Positions 1-10,974 of a stretch of 64,000 bases of DNA are shown here, piece by piece. Below the pieces are notes generated by a model. That model was not told the DNA's origin and made no database searches. It saw nothing but the letters and a program-made list of their open reading frames with translations. How positions within the stretch are numbered: position 1 is the stretch's first letter; every line of letters begins with the position of its first letter. Position numbers and translations under genes: made by a program. Source of the DNA: the human T2T-CHM13v2.0 reference genome, Homo sapiens; NCBI RefSeq assembly GCF_009914755.1, contig NC_060940.1; one strand, written 5' to 3'.

Positions 1-372
1 GCTCCTCAGCACAGCAGGTGGGACTCTGGGGTGGTGGGCGCCGCAGGACTCGGGGTGGCCTCTCTGAGCTCTCACGTCTGCTGGTCCTGTGGCCATCAGA
101 GTGGTTCCCAGTCTTAGGTGGACAGAGCAGGGGTTCCAGAGACACCAGCTCATTCCAGGTGTCCTGGGGGTGGATCGGGTGGGGCCTGCCTGGGGACCGG
201 CCTGGGTCAGTCAGCTGGCCGGAGACAGGGACGCAGCACTGGGCTGGGAGTGCTGCCCGGGCGGGGAGACCTGTCCTCACAGCAAGGCCAGGCTCGCTGG
301 TGCAGGCAGTTGGGCATCTCTGACGGTGGCCCGTGGGCGAATGAGGGCCCCAACACCCTCCCCTCCTCGCAG

Positions 373-620
373 GGACCCCGGAGAACGGCAGCGAGCCTGA
401 GAGCAGGTCCCCGGACAACAGGACCCAGCTGGCCCCCGCGTGCATGCCAGGGGGACGCTGGTGCCCTGGAGCCAACATCTGCTTGCCGCTGGACGCCTCC
501 TGCCACCCCAGGCCTGCGCCAATGGCTGCACGTCAGGGGCCAGGGCTACTCGGGGCCCCCTATGCGCTATGGAGAGAGTTCCTCTTCTCCGTTCCCGCGG
601 GGCCCCCCGCGCAGTACTCG
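373..620 (+). pseudogene. PKD1P: PKD1P exon 10 (248 bp)
   Basis: cag|GGACCCCG...TACTCG|gtgtgt; MPGGRWCPGANICLPLDASCHP...FLFSVPAGPPAQYS; compensated -1/+1 indel at ~506-539. Confidence 0.92.
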
Positions 621-749
621 GTGTGTGGCCCTGACCTGGGTCTGTTCCCTGCATCTCCTCAGGCCACCTTCCTGTCTGCTGCCCAGGGTCTGGGTCTGCG
701 CAGCAGACACACCCAGCCTGCAGGCCCCTCCCACGTCCTTGCCACCTCT

Positions 750-784
750 GACCTCCGACCTCCGACCTCCAACCTCCGACCTCT
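750..784. repeat. (GACCTCC)n heptamer, ~5 copies, intron 10
   Basis: gacctcc x3, aacctcc, gacctct. Confidence 0.8.
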
Positions 785-1093
785 GCAGTGCCCTTGCCCC
801 TCTCCCAGTGGGAGAAGCTCTCGCCTGGGCCCTTGGCACGAGCTGTGCCTCCTCTTCCTCTCTCCCAGCACAGCCGCTCCTTCCTGTCTGCCAGGTCTTG
901 GCCTGTGTCCTCTCCCCGTGTGTCCCCCTGTCTGCAACTGTCCTGCCTGTCCTTGTCACGAGCACTGTGGGGAGGCTCCCTGAGGTGTGGCTGACGAAGC
1001 GGGGAGCCCTGCGTGTCCACCCTCATCCGTCGTGCAGGGGTCCACGGGCCATGACCGTGAGGACGTGATGCAGCCCTGCCTCCCTCTCCACAG

Positions 1094-1849
1094 GTCACCC
1101 TCCACGGCCAGGATGTCCTCATGCTCCCTGGTGACCTCGTTGGCTTGCAGCACGACGCTGGCCCTGGCGCCCTCCCGCACTGCTCGCCGGCTCCCGGCCA
1201 CCCTGGTCCCCAGGCCCCGTACCTCTCCGCCAACGCCTCGTCATGGCTGCCCCACTTGCCAGCCCAGCTGGAGGGCACTTGGGCCTGCCCTGCCTGTGCC
1301 CTGCGGCTGCTTGCAGCCACGGAACAGCTCACCGTGCTGCTGGGCCTGAGGCCCAACCCTGGGCTGCGGCTGCCTGGGCGCTATGAGGTCCGGGCAGAGG
1401 TGGGCAATGGCGTGTCCAGGCACAACCTGTCCTGCAGCTTTGACGTGGTCTCCCCAGTGGCTGGGCTGCGGGTCATCTACCCTGCCCCCCGCGACGGCCG
1501 CCTCTACGTGCCCACCAACGGCTCAGCCTCGGTGCTCCAGGTGGACTCTGGTGCCAGCGCCACGGCCACGGCTCGCTGGCCTGGGGGCAGTGTCAGCGCC
1601 CGCTTTGAGAATGCCTGCCCTGCCCTGGTGGCCACCTTCGTGCCCGGCTGCCCCTGGGAGACCAATGATACCCTGTTCTCAGTGGTAGCACTGCCGTGGC
1701 TCGGTGAGGGGGAGCACGTGATGGACGTTGTGGTGGAAAACAGCGCCAGCCGGGCCAACCTCAGCCTGCGGGTGACGGCGGAGGAGCCCATCTGTGGCCT
1801 CCGCGCCACGCCCAGCCCCGAGGCCCGTGTACTGCAGGGAGTCCCAGTG
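1094..1849 (+). pseudogene. PKD1P: PKD1P exon 11 (756 bp)
   Basis: cag|GTCACC...CCAGTG|gtgagt; ORF 1121 MLPGDLVGLQHDAG...LQGVPV. Confidence 0.93.
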
Positions 1850-2748
1850 GTGAGTATGGCCGAGGCTCCACCACCAGCCCCCAGGCAGGTGCCTGCAGAC
1901 AGGGTGCTCACACAGGGCGTGAGGCCTGGCTTCCCAGTGAGGGCAGCAGCCCAGTTACTGGGGACGTCGGCCCCGGGCAGGTCCTGCTGGCTGGCTCCTC
2001 AGGCTACCTGGTGGGCTTTAAATTCCTGGAAAGTCACGGCTCTGACAGCGGCTCCGCTAACTCATTCCACCGTCTCATTTCATGAAATGAATTTAAAACT
2101 CCGCTCCCTGACCTCACACGAGCCCCCGTGAGTCTCTCACGCCCTCTGCTGTGTTCTCACCTGGCTAAAGCGAGTGGCTTTTGAGGTGGAGTCTGAACCC
2201 CTGATGGGAAACTGCGGGCTGCCCGCGGTGCCACCATGCTGGGTACATGGGGGACAGGGCTGTCTCCGTCTTGCGGGTACCTGCCCCTTCACCAGGGGCC
2301 TTGGGAGGGGCCATCAGAAATGGCGTGACCTGTGCAGCCTGTCCTGGGTTCTGTAAGCCAGTGTAGGTGCTGTCCCTGTGAGGCCCGTGTGCCTCCCCTC
2401 ACTGCTCCGAGCTCTCTGGCTGAGGAGCTGGGGCAGGAGCCCCGGGAGGGTCTGAGAAGACTCAGAGAGAGGTGGACTCTTTGTAGCTGGTACTAGGTTT
2501 GCTTTACAGATGGGGAAACTGAGGCACAGAGAGGTTGAGGCATTAGTAGTACTACATGGCTGGCTGGAGAGCCGGACAGTCAGTGTCCCAGCCCGGGCTT
2601 GGCTCCCATGGCATGCAGAGCCCCGGCCACCTCCTCTCCTCTGTGCCCCGCGTGGGACTCTCCAGCCTGACGGGAGGTGTGTCCAGGAGGCGACAGGCTA
2701 AGGGCAGAGTCCTCCACAGAGCCCAGGCTGACACCAGTCCCCCCGCAG

Positions 2749-2880
2749 AGGTACAGCCCCGTGGTGGAGGCCGGCTCGGACATGGTCTTCCGGTGGACCA
2801 TCAACGACAAGCAGTCCCTGACCTTCCAGAACGTGGTCTTCAATGTCATTTATCAGAGCGCGGCGGTCTTCAAGCTCTCA
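2749..2880 (+). pseudogene. PKD1P: PKD1P exon 12 (132 bp)
   Basis: cag|AGGTACAGC...CTCTCA|gtaggt; RYSPVVEAGSDMVFRWTINDKQ...FKLS. Confidence 0.93.
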
Positions 2881-3059
2881 GTAGGTGGGCGGGGGTGGGG
2901 AGGGGAGGGGATGGGGTGGGGCGGGGCGGGCTCCACCTTCACCTCTGCTTCATGCTGCCCGAGGACGCTGCCATGGCTGTGGGTGAGTGGAGGGAGGGAC
3001 GCTAAGCAGGGCCAGGCCTCTCACCTGCCACCTGGGCCCACTGATGCCTATCCCTGCAG

Positions 3060-3235
3060 CTGACGGCCTCCAACCACGTGAGCAACGTCACCGTGAACTA
3101 CAACATCACCGTGGAGCGGATGAACAGGATGCAGGGCCTGCGGGTCTCCACAGTGCCGGCCGTGCTGTCCCCCAATGCCACGCTGGCACTGACGGCGGGC
3201 GTGCTGGTGGACTCGGCCGTGGAGGTGGCCTTCCT
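3060..3235 (+). pseudogene. PKD1P: PKD1P exon 13 (176 bp)
   Basis: cag|CTGACGGCC...TTCCT|gtgagt; LTASNHVSNVTVNYNITVERMNRMQG. Confidence 0.93.
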
Positions 3236-3568
3236 GTGAGTGACTCGGGGGCCGGTTTGGGGTGGGCACCAGGCTCTTGTCCCGGCCCCAGCCTCAGCCG
3301 AGGGACCCCACATCAGGGGGTTGCTTTTCTGAGCCTCGGTTTCCCTATCTGTTGGGAGGTACTGGGTGCACAGGAGCCCTGAGGCTGCACGGGAGCCGGG
3401 AGAGGCCTCAGCACAGCCGGGTGGGCCCTGAATGGAGGCCTGGGGCGTGACTGCAGAGTGGAGCCTCAGCTGGGTCCCAAGCACCCCCTGCCCCCCCACC
3501 GCGCACCTGTGCCCCGCCACTGCGCACCCCTGTCCCGGTTCACTCACTGCCTCCCACCGCCCCGGCAG

Positions 3569-3702
3569 GTGGACCTTTGGGGATGGGGAGCAGGCCCTCC
3601 ACCAGTTCCAGCCTCCGTACAACGAGTCCTTCCCGGTTCCAGACCCCTCGGTGGCCCAGGTGCTGGTGGAGCACAATGTCACGCACACCTACGCTGCCCC
3701 AG
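3569..3702 (+). pseudogene. PKD1P: PKD1P exon 14 (134 bp)
   Basis: cag|GTGGACC...CCCAG|gtgagg; WTFGDGEQALHQFQPPYNESF. Confidence 0.93.
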
Positions 3703-4164
3703 GTGAGGGATGAGGGGGTGAGGGGGCCACTGCCTTTCAGGCTCTGAGCACGGGGCACCCCCAGTCCCCCAGTCAAGCTGCCCCCCTTCCTCCCCAACAG
3801 CCCTCACTGTGACCTCACCTGGGCTGATGGCTTAGGTCCCTACTGGGGTGAGGGAGGGGCCAGGCGTGGGGGGAGTGGACAGGGAAGCTGGGCCCCCTGA
3901 ACTGCCCCCCGCCGCGGCCTGGCTCTTGCTGCTCTGCTGCCCCGAGTGCAGCTGCACTTGGAGGCGGTGCCGTCCTCACCAGGCAGCCCTCAGTGCTGCT
4001 GCACCTGTGCTCCGTCCCGCACGTGGCTTGGGAGCCTGGGACCCTTAAGGCTGGGCCGCAGGTGCAGCCGTTCACCCCGGGCTCCTCAGGCGGGGGGCTT
4101 CTGCCGAGCGGGTGGGGAGCAGGTGGGGGTGCCGCGGCTGCCCCACTTGGGCCTGTCCCCACAG

Positions 4165-7100
4165 GTGAGTACGTCCTGACCGTGCTGGCATCTAATGCCT
4201 TCGAGAACCGGACGCAGCAGGTGCCTGTGAGCGTGCGCGCCTCCCTGCCCTCCGAGGCTGTGGGTGTGAGTGACGGCGTCCTGGTGGCCGGCCGGCCCGT
4301 CACCTTCTACCCGCATCTGCTGCCCTCGCCTGGGGGTGTTCTTTACACGTGGGACTTCGGGGACGGCTCCCCTGTCCTGACCCAGAGCCAGCCGGCTGCC
4401 AACCACACCTATCCCTCGAGGGGCATCTACCACGTGCGCCTGGAGGTCAACAACACGGTGAGCGGTGCGGCGGCCCAGGCGGATGTGCGCGTCTTTGAGG
4501 AGCTCCGCGGGCTCAGCGTGGACATGAGCCTGGCCGTGGAGCAGGGCGCCCCCGTGGTGGTCAGTGCCGCGGTGCAGACGGGCGACAACATCACGTGGAC
4601 CTTCGACATGGGGGACGGCACCGTGCTGTCGGGCCCAGAGGCCACAGTGGAGCATGTGTACCTGCGGGCACAGAACTGCACAGTGACCGTGGGTGCGGCC
4701 AGCCCCGCCGGCCACCTGGCCCGGAGCCTGCACGTGCTGGTCTTCGTCCTGGAGGTGCTGCGCGTCGAGCCCGCCGCCTGCATCCCCACTCAGCCTGACG
4801 CGCGGCTCACGGCCTACGTCACCGGGAACCCGGCCCGCTACCTCTTCGACTGGACCTTTGGGGATGGCTCCTCCAACACGACCATGCGGGGGTGCCCGAC
4901 GGTGACACACAACTTCACGCGTAGCGGCACGTTCCCCCTGGCGCTGGTGCTGTCCAGCCGCGTGAACAGGGCGCGTTACTTCACCAGCATCTGCGTGGAG
5001 CCAGAGGTGGGCAACGTCACCCTGCAGCCAGAGAGGCAGTTTGTGCAGCTCGGGGACGAGGCCCGGCTGGTGGCATGTGCCTGGCCCCCGTTCCCCTACC
5101 GCTACACCTGGGACTTTGGCACCGAAGAAGCCGTCCCCGCCCGTGTCGGGGGCCCTGAGGTGACGTTCATCTACCGAGACCCAGGCTCCTATCTTGTGAC
5201 AGTCACCGCGTCCAACAACATCTCCGCTGCCAATGACTCAGCCCTGGTGGAGGTGCAGGAGCCCGTGCTGGTCACCAGCATCAAGGTCAATGGCTCCCTT
5301 GGGCTGGAGCTGCAGTAGCCGTACCTGTTCTCTGCTGTGGGCCGTGGGCGCCCCGCCAGCTACCTGTGGGATCTGGGGGACGGTGGGCGGCTCGAGGGTC
5401 CGGAGGTCACCCACGCTTACAACAGCACAGGTGACTTCACCGTTAGGGTGGCCGGCTGCAATGAGGTGAGCCGCAGCGAGGCCTGGCTCAATGTGACGGT
5501 GAAGCGGCGCGTGCGGGGGCTCATCGTCAATGCCAGCTGCACGGTGGTGCCCCTGAATGGGAGCATGAGCTTCAGCACCTCGCTGGAGGCCGGCAGTGAT
5601 GTGCGCTATTCCTGGGTGCTCTGTGACCGCTGCACGCCCATCTCTGGGGGTCCTGCCATCTCTTTACACCTTCCGCTCCGTGGGCACCTTCAATATCATC
5701 GTCACAGCTGAGAACGAGGTGGGCTCCGCCCAGGACAGCATCTTCGTCTATGTCCTGCAGCTCATAGAGGGGCTGCAGGTGGTGGGCGGTGGCCGCTACT
5801 TCCCCACCAACCACACGGTACAGCTGCAGGCCGTGGTCAGGGATGGCACCAACATCTACAGCTGGACTGCCTGGAGGGACAGGGGCCCGGCCCTGGCCGG
5901 CAGCGGCAAAGGCTTCTCGCTCACTGCGCTCGAGGCCGGCACCTACCATGTGCAGCTGCGGGCCACCAACATGCTGGGCAGCGCCTGGGCTGACTGCACC
6001 GTGGACTTCGTGGAGCCTGTGGGGTGGCTGATGGTGGCCGCCTCCCCGAACCCAGCTGCCGTCAACACAAGTGTCACCCTCAGTGCCGAGCTGGCTGGTG
6101 GCAGTGGTGTCGTATACACTTGGTCCTTGGAGGAGGGGCTGAGCTGGGAGACCCCCGAGCCATTTACCACCCACAGCTTCCCCACACCCGGCCTGCACTT
6201 GGTCACCATGACGGCAGGGAACCCGCTGGGCTCAGCCAACGCCACCGTGGAAGTGGATGTGCAGGTGCCTGTGAGTGGCCTCAGCATCAGGGCCAGCGAG
6301 CCGGGAGGCAGCTTCGTGGCGGCCGGGTCCTCTGTGCCCTTTTGGGGGCAGCTGGCCACGGGCACCAATGTGAGCTGGTGCTGGGCTGTGCCCGGCGGCA
6401 GCAGCAAGCGTGGCCCTCATGTCACCATGGTCTTCCCGGATGCTGGCACCTTCAACATCCGGCTCAATGCCTCCAACGCAGTCAGCTGGGTCTCAGCCAC
6501 GTACAACCTCACGGTGGAGGAGCCCATCGTGGGCCTGGTGCTGTGGGCCAGCAGCAAGGTGGTGGCGCCCGGGCAGCTTGTCCATTTTCAGATCCTGCTG
6601 GCTGCCGGCTCAGCTGTCACCTTCCGCCTGCAGGTCGGCGGGGCCAGCCCCGAAGTGCTCCCTGGGCCCCGTTTCTCCCACAGCTTCCCCCGCATCGGAG
6701 ACCACGTGGTGAGCGTGCAGGGCAAAAACCACGTGAGCTGGGCCCAGGCGCAGGTGCGCATCGTGGTGCTGGAGGCCGTGAGCGGGCTGCAGGTGCCCAA
6801 CTGCTGTGAGCCTGGCATCGCCATGGGCACTGAGAGGAACTTCACAGCCCGCGTGCAGCGCGGCTCTCGGGTCGCCTACGCCTGGTACTTCTCGCTGCAG
6901 AAGGTCCGGGGCGACTCTCTGTTCATCCTGTCGGGCCGCGACGTCACCTACACGCCGTGGCCGCGGGGCTGTTGGAGATCCAGGTGCGTGCCTTCAACGC
7001 CCTGGGCAGTGAGAACCGCACGCTGGTGCTGGAGGTTCAGGACGCCGTCCAGTATGTGGCCCTGCGGAGCGGCCCCTGCTTCACCAACCGCTTGGCGCAG

Positions 7101-7781
7101 TTTGAGGCCGCCACCAGCCCCAGCCCCCGGCGCGTGGCCTACCACTGGGACTTTGGGGATGGGTCCCCAGGGCAGGACACAGATAAGCCCAGGGCCGAGC
7201 ACTCCTACCTGAGGCCTGGGGACTACCGCGTGCAGGTGAACGCCTCCAACCTGGTGAGCTTTTTCGTGGCGCAGGCCACGGTGACCGTCCAGGTGCTGGC
7301 CTGCCGGGAGCCGGAGGTGGACGTGGTCCTGCCCCTGCAGGTGCTGATGCGACGATCACAGCGCAACTGCCTGGATGCCTACGTTGACCTGCGCGACTGT
7401 GTCACCTACCAGACTGAGTACCGCTGGGAGGTGTACCGCACCGCCAGCTGCCAGCGGCCGGGGTGCCCGGCGCGTGTGGCCCTGCCCGGCGTGGACGTGA
7501 GCCGGCCTCAGCTGGTGCTGCCGCGGCTGGCGCTGCCTGTGGGGCACTACTGCTTTGTGTTTGTCGTGTCATTTGGGGACACGCCACTGGCACGGAGCAT
7601 CCAGGCCAATGTGACGGTGGCCCCCGAGCGCCTGGTGCCCATCACTGAGGGTGGCTCCTACCGCGTGTGGTCAGACACACAGGACCTGGTGCTGGATGGG
7701 AGCGAGTCCTACGACCCCAACCTGGAGGACGGCGACCAGACGCCGCTCAGTTTCCAGTGGGCCTGTGTGGCTTCGACACAG
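4165..7781 (+). pseudogene. PKD1P: PKD1P exon 15 (3617 bp; PKD-domain array and REJ start), disrupted
   Basis: cag|GTGAGTACG...ACACAG|gtcagt; PKD1 frame split over ORFs 3993-5318, 5337-5711, 5596-7212, 6957-8228; TAG at 5316, +1 at ~5663, 3-bp deletion ~5856, -1 at ~6956. Confidence 0.95.
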
Positions 7782-8000
7782 GTCAGTGCGTGGCAGGGCC
7801 GTCCTCCCTGCCCCTCACCCGTCCACACCCATGAGCCCAGAGAACACCCAGCTTGCCACCAGGGCTGGCCCGTCCTCAGTGCCTGGTGGGCCCCGTCCCA
7901 GCATGGGGAGGGGGTCTCCCGCGCTGTCTCCTGGGCCGGGCTCTGCTTTAAAACTGGATGGGGTTCTCGGGCCACGTCGCCCCTTGTTCTCGGCCTGCAG

Positions 8001-8150
8001 AGGGAGGCTGGCGGGTGTGCGCTGAACTTTGGGCCCCGCGGGAGCAGCACGGTCACCATTCCACGGGAACGGCTGGCAGCTGGCGTGGAGTACACCTTCA
8101 GCCTCACCGTGTGGAAGGCCGGCCGCAAGGAGGAGGCCACCAACCAGACG
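8001..8150 (+). pseudogene. PKD1P: PKD1P exon 16 (150 bp)
   Basis: cag|AGGGAGG...CAGACG|gtgggt; REAGGCALNFGPRG...EATNQT. Confidence 0.93.
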
Positions 8151-9084
8151 GTGGGTGCCGCCCGCCCCTCGGCCACTTGCCTTGGACAGCCCAGCCTCCC
8201 TGCTCATCTACTGTTTTCCGTGTTTTAGTGCTGGTGGAGGCCGCGCGCTCTCCCCTCTCTGTTTCTGATGCAAATTCTATGTAACACGACAGCCTGCTTC
8301 AGCTTTGCTTCCTTCCAAACCTGCCACAGTTCCACATACAGTCTTCAAGCCACATATGCTCTAGTGACAAAAGCTACACAGTCCCCCAGCAATACCAACA
8401 GTGAGGAAGAGCCCCTTCCCACCCCAGAGGCAGCCACTGTCCCCAGCCCATGTCCCTGTTGCTGGATGTGGTGGGCCGGTTCTCACCCTCATGCTCCCCA
8501 CTCTGGACCGGCCAGGAGGCTTGGTGACCCTGAGCCCGTGGTGGCTGCTCCTGCTGCTGTCAGGCGGGGCCTGCTGGTGCCCCAGAGTGGGTGTCTGTTC
8601 CCCAGTCCCTGCTTTCCTCAACGGGCCTGATTGGGGGTCTGCCCAGAGGGGTCGTCTGAGGGGAGGGTGTGGGAGCAGGTTCCATCCCGGCTCAGCCTCC
8701 TGACCCAGGCCCTGGCTAAGGGCTGCAGGAGTCTGTGAGTCAGGCCTACGTGGCAACTGCGGTCCTCACACCCACACATACGTCTGTTCCCACACGCATC
8801 CCCCCAGGGGCCCTCAGTGAGCATTGCCTGCCTCCTGCCAGGGTCCAGCTGGGTCCAGTACACCAGAACGCACACCCCAGTGTCCTCTGCCCTGTGTATG
8901 CCCTTCCGCCGCCCAGGTTGGAAGGTGGCAAACCGGATGAGTATCCTGGGAGGGGGTGAGCTCACCGGCAGTGGCCAGGCCCCTGGGAAACCTGGAGTTT
9001 GGGAGCAGCATCCTCCACGGGTCCCCCAGACCTTCCAGCAGGCCAAATAGACCTGTGTTGGAGGTAACCCCACTCCCACGCCAG

Positions 9085-9228
9085 GTGCTGATCCGCAGTG
9101 GCCGGGTGCCCATTGTGTCCTTGGAGTGTGTGTCCTGCAAGGCACAGGCCGTGTACGAAGTGAGCCGCAGCTCCTACGTGTACCTGGAGGGCCGCTGCCT
9201 CAATTGCAGCAGCGGCTCCAAGCGAGGG
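9085..9228 (+). pseudogene. PKD1P: PKD1P exon 17 (144 bp)
   Basis: cag|GTGCTGATC...CGAGGG|gtgagt; VLIRSGRVPIVSLECVSC. Confidence 0.93.
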
Positions 9229-9288
9229 GTGAGTGTTGAGCGGGGTGTGGGCGGGTTGGGGATGGGTCCCATGGCCGAGGGGACGGGG

Positions 9289-9355
9289 CCTGCAGGCAGA
9301 AGTGGGGCTGACAGGGCAGAGGGTTGCGCCCCCTCACCATCCCTTCTGCCTGCAG
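9289..9355 (+). ncRNA. MIR6511A: miR-6511a-type pre-miRNA hairpin (5'-tailed mirtron ending at the intron 17 acceptor)
   Basis: CTGCAGGCAGAAG at 9290 pairs with CTTCTGCCTGCAG ending at 9355; 3p arm CCTCACCATCCCTTCTGCCTGC matches miR-6511a-3p as recalled. Confidence 0.85.
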
Positions 9356-9635
9356 CGGTGGGCTGCACGTACGTTCAGCAACAAGACGCTGGTGCTGGAT
9401 GAGACCACCACATCCACGGGCAGCGCAGGCATGTGACTGGTGCTGCGGCGGGGCGTGCTGCGGGACGGCGAGGGATACACCTTCACGCTGACGGTGCTGG
9501 GCCGCTCTGGCGAGGAGGAGGGCTGCGCCTCCATCCCCCTGTCCCCCAACCGCCCGCCGCTGGGGGGCTCTTGCTGCCTCTTCCCACTAGGCGCTGTGCA
9601 CGCCCTCACCACCAAGGTGCACTTCAAATGCACGG
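9356..9635 (+). pseudogene. PKD1P: PKD1P exon 18 (280 bp) with TGA at 9434-9436
   Basis: cag|CGGTGGGCT...TGCACGG|gtgagt; ...STGSAGM*LVLRRGVLRDGEGY. Confidence 0.93.
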
Positions 9636-9728
9636 GTGAGTGCAGGCCTGCGTAGGGGGAGCAGCGGGATCCCCCGACTCTGTGAGGTCACGGAGCCCTC
9701 CCGTGATGCTGTGGGGACCATCCCTCAG

Positions 9729-9942
9729 GCTGGCATGACGCGGAGGATGCTGGCGCCCCGCTGGTGTATGCCCTGCTGCTGCAGCGCTGTTGCCAGGGCC
9801 ACTGCAAAGAGTTCTGTGTCTACAAGAGCAGCCTCTCCGGCTACGGAGCCGTGCTGCCCCCGGGTTTCAGGCCACACTTCGAGGTGGGCCTGGCCGTGGT
9901 GGTGCAGGACCAGCTGGGAGCCGCTGTGGTCGCCCTCAACAG
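9729..9942 (+). pseudogene. PKD1P: PKD1P exon 19 (214 bp)
   Basis: cag|GCTGGCAT...AACAG|gtgagc; VYALLLQRCCQGHCKEFCVY. Confidence 0.93.
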
Positions 9943-10008
9943 GTGAGCCAGGCCGTGGGAGGGCGCCCCCGAGACTGCCACCTGCTCACCACCCCCCTCT
10001 GCTCGTAG

Positions 10009-10168
10009 GTCTGTGGCCATCACCCTCCCAGAGCCCAACGGCAGCGCAATGGGGCTCACAGTCTGGCTGCACCGGCTCACCGCTAGTGTGCTCCCGGGGC
10101 TGCTGCGGCAGGCCGATCCCCAGCACGTCATCGAGTACTCGCTGGCCCTGGTCACTGTGCTGAACGAG
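10009..10168 (+). pseudogene. PKD1P: PKD1P exon 20 (160 bp)
   Basis: tag|GTCTGTGG...AACGAG|gtgagt; AITLPEPNGSA...TVLNE. Confidence 0.93.
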
Positions 10169-10558
10169 GTGAGTGCAGCCTGGGAGGGGACCTCACATCT
10201 GCTGCATGCGTGCTGGGGACCAAGACCTGTTCCCCTGCCTGGAGCTTTGCGGAGGGCTCATCCCGGGCCCCAGAGATAAATCCCAGTGACCCTGAAGCAG
10301 CACCCCGACGTTCCGCTCCCAGCAGCCACACCCACCAGGCCCTCTCCGGCGTCTGCTTTCCACAATGCAGCCCCCGCCCAGGAGGGCCCATGTGCTTACC
10401 CTGTTTTGCCCATGAAGAAACAGCTCAGTGTTGCGGGTCAGTGCCCACATCACACAGCATCTAGCACGTAACTGCACCCCGGGAGTCGTGGGCATCTGCT
10501 GGCCTCCTGCCGGCCTCCTGCCCTGCTGACAGCTTGCTGTGCCCCCTGCCTGCCCCAG

Positions 10559-10711
10559 TACGAGCGGGCCCTGGACGTGGCGGCAGAGCCCAAGCACGAG
10601 CGGCAGCGCCGAGCCCAGATACGCAAGAACATCACGGAGACTCTGGTGTCCCTGAGGGTCCACACTGTGGATGACATCCAGCAGATCGCTGCTGCGCTGG
10701 CCCAGTGCATG
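10559..10711 (+). pseudogene. PKD1P: PKD1P exon 21 (153 bp)
   Basis: cag|TACGAGCGG...TGCATG|gtagga; AAEPKHERQRRAQIRKNITE. Confidence 0.93.
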
Positions 10712-10974
10712 GTAGGATGGCCCCACATGCTCTCCCCGCCCCGCATGCCTGCCAGGGTACTGGGTTCAGCCCCCCAGGGCAGACGGGCAGCTTGGCCGAG
10801 GAGCTGAGCCTCCAGCCTGGGCTCCTTCCTGCCGTGGCGTTCCTCGGTCTCTGACCTGCTTCAGTAGCCTCAGCCTTTCTGCTGTCCTGTGTGAACGCAG
10901 GGTGCCTCTCGGGGGACCCAGGGTGTAAAGAGGGGCCCAGATGTGGGGAGGGACTAAGAAGATGCTGCTCTGTG

